Assembly: GCA_043228905.1 (NCBI GenBank) | Contig: JBHGNT010000014.1 | Location: 11,532,001-11,596,000, forward strand | Source of the DNA: Azolla caroliniana | Lineage: Eukaryota > Plantae > Polypodiophyta | Length of the DNA stretch: 64,000 nucleotides | Reading direction: 5' to 3' | Shown: positions 62,737 to 64,000 of the stretch, in pieces | Numbering within the stretch: position 1 is the first letter of the stretch | Layout of the letters: each line of letters begins with the position of its first letter | The notes under the pieces: model-generated | The model's input: the letters and a program-made list of their open reading frames with translations, nothing else | The model's database searches: none | What the model was told of the DNA's origin: nothing | Translations under genes and position numbers: made by a program

Positions 62737-64000
62737 TGTTCTCTGTTTTACGCTTCCGCAAACACTTACGTTTACAATCCTCTTGAGTGATGAAGGTGAA
62801 CCGGAGTGCTACGAAGAAGCCATTGCCGATGAGCACAGAGAGAAATGGCTGAGCGCGATGCAAGATGAGATGGAATCCTTGCACGTGAACTACACCTATG
62901 ACCTAGTAGAGCTACCGAAAGGAAAGAGAGCACTCAGGAATAAGTGGGTCTACAAGGTGAAGACTGGAGAAGCCGACAGTGAGCCCAAGTATAAAGCCCG
63001 TATAGTAGTGAAGGGTTTGCAACAGAAGAAGGGCGTCGACTTTGACGAAATATTCGCACCAGTCGTTAAGATGACATCCATTCGAACTGTTCTGAGCATA
63101 GCAGCCAGTATGGATCTAAAGATCGAACAATTGGATGTTAAAACCACGTTTCTGCACGGGGAGCTAGAAGAAGAAATCTATATGCCTCAACCCAAAGGCT
63201 TTGAGGAGAGAGGGAAAAGAATCTGGTGTGTCGACTGAAGAAAAGCTTGTACGGTCTAAAACAAGCTCCACGCCAATGGTACAAGATATTCTAGTCCTTC
63301 ATGATGGAACACCGATTCCAGAAAATACAAGCCGATCACTGTGTGTTCGTCAAAAGGTACGAAGAAGGAGACTTCTTGATTCTTTTGCTATATGTTGATG
63401 ACATGTTGATAGTCGGTCAAGATACAAGGAAGATTGGAAGCTTGAAGAAAGCTCTCGCCAAATCATTTGCCATGAAAGACCTTGGACCGGCTAAATAGAT
63501 CTTAGGAGTGCACATAGTTCGAGACAGAACTTAAAAGGTGTATGGTTGTCACAACAGAAGTATGTGATGAAGATCCTAAAGAGATTTAACATGTCAGATG
63601 CAATGTTGGTCGTCTCAGTGTTGCCGACAAATTGCAGATTGAATGCGAAGCAGTGCCCGAAAGGGGAGAAGGAAAAGGCTGAGATGAAGAAGGTACCATA
63701 TGCCTCGTCCGTTGGCAGTCTAATGTATGCTATGCTCTGTATGAGACCTGACATAGCATTTGTTGACTCAGATTCTGTCAATAGAAGACACAACTAACTG
63801 ACTTCCTCCCACAGGAGTGAAGGGGGAGTTTGTTGGGAATATGTACCTCAAGTGGGAGGAGGAACCGACTGTCCATAAGTTGCTGACAATCGATGACTAC
63901 GAGGAGCCAACTGATCGTACCAAGGAATGCCGACAGTCGAAGACATGGAAGATCCGACTGTTTGGAAAGTCGACAGTCGAAAACAATGAGTCGACTATCT
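54340..64000 (+). mobile_element. Duplicate of B1, with the 3' LTR starting at 63831
   Basis: Collinear with 13778-23440. Confidence 0.9.
56893..62776 (+). mobile_element. Duplicate of full-length A1 (LTRs 56893-57284 and 62367-62776, TSD ATCCT)
   Basis: Same structure, insertion site and inactivating stops as 16331-22214. Confidence 0.96.

Larger units (their letters stand above)
47495..64000 (+). repeat. Near-identical direct copy of 6933-23440 (offset ~40562), running to the window end
   Basis: All ORFs and junctions recur at the same offset, with about 20 substitutions and (CT)n length changes. Confidence 0.98.

Noticed and set aside
1-64000. Host protein-coding genes, tRNA or rRNA genes
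   Set aside because: Every long ORF is explained by retroelement domains or their antisense frames, and I saw no tRNA or rRNA pattern.

Overview
The window holds no recognisable host gene. It is a nest of plant retrotransposons, most likely from a moss or other bryophyte (inferred from family resemblance only). It contains two degraded Ty3/Gypsy elements (1-5441 and 34512-40641). It contains several copies of Ty1/Copia family A (Bryco/RLC5-like by inference), including a full-length but stop-interrupted copy at 16331-22214 with TSD ATCCT. It also contains three copies of Copia family B (Tnt1/Tto1-like) and three solo LTRs with TSDs. The most unusual item is an internally deleted Penelope-like retroelement (8285-10444, minus strand). 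It has a CUGAUGA...GAAAC hammerhead ribozyme in its 3' region and 74-bp terminal direct repeats, and it sits inside a ~440-bp duplication of its target. A 100-N gap lies at 47395-47494, and 47495-64000 is a near-identical second copy of 6933-23440. All alignments and counts were made by eye; no searches were run.
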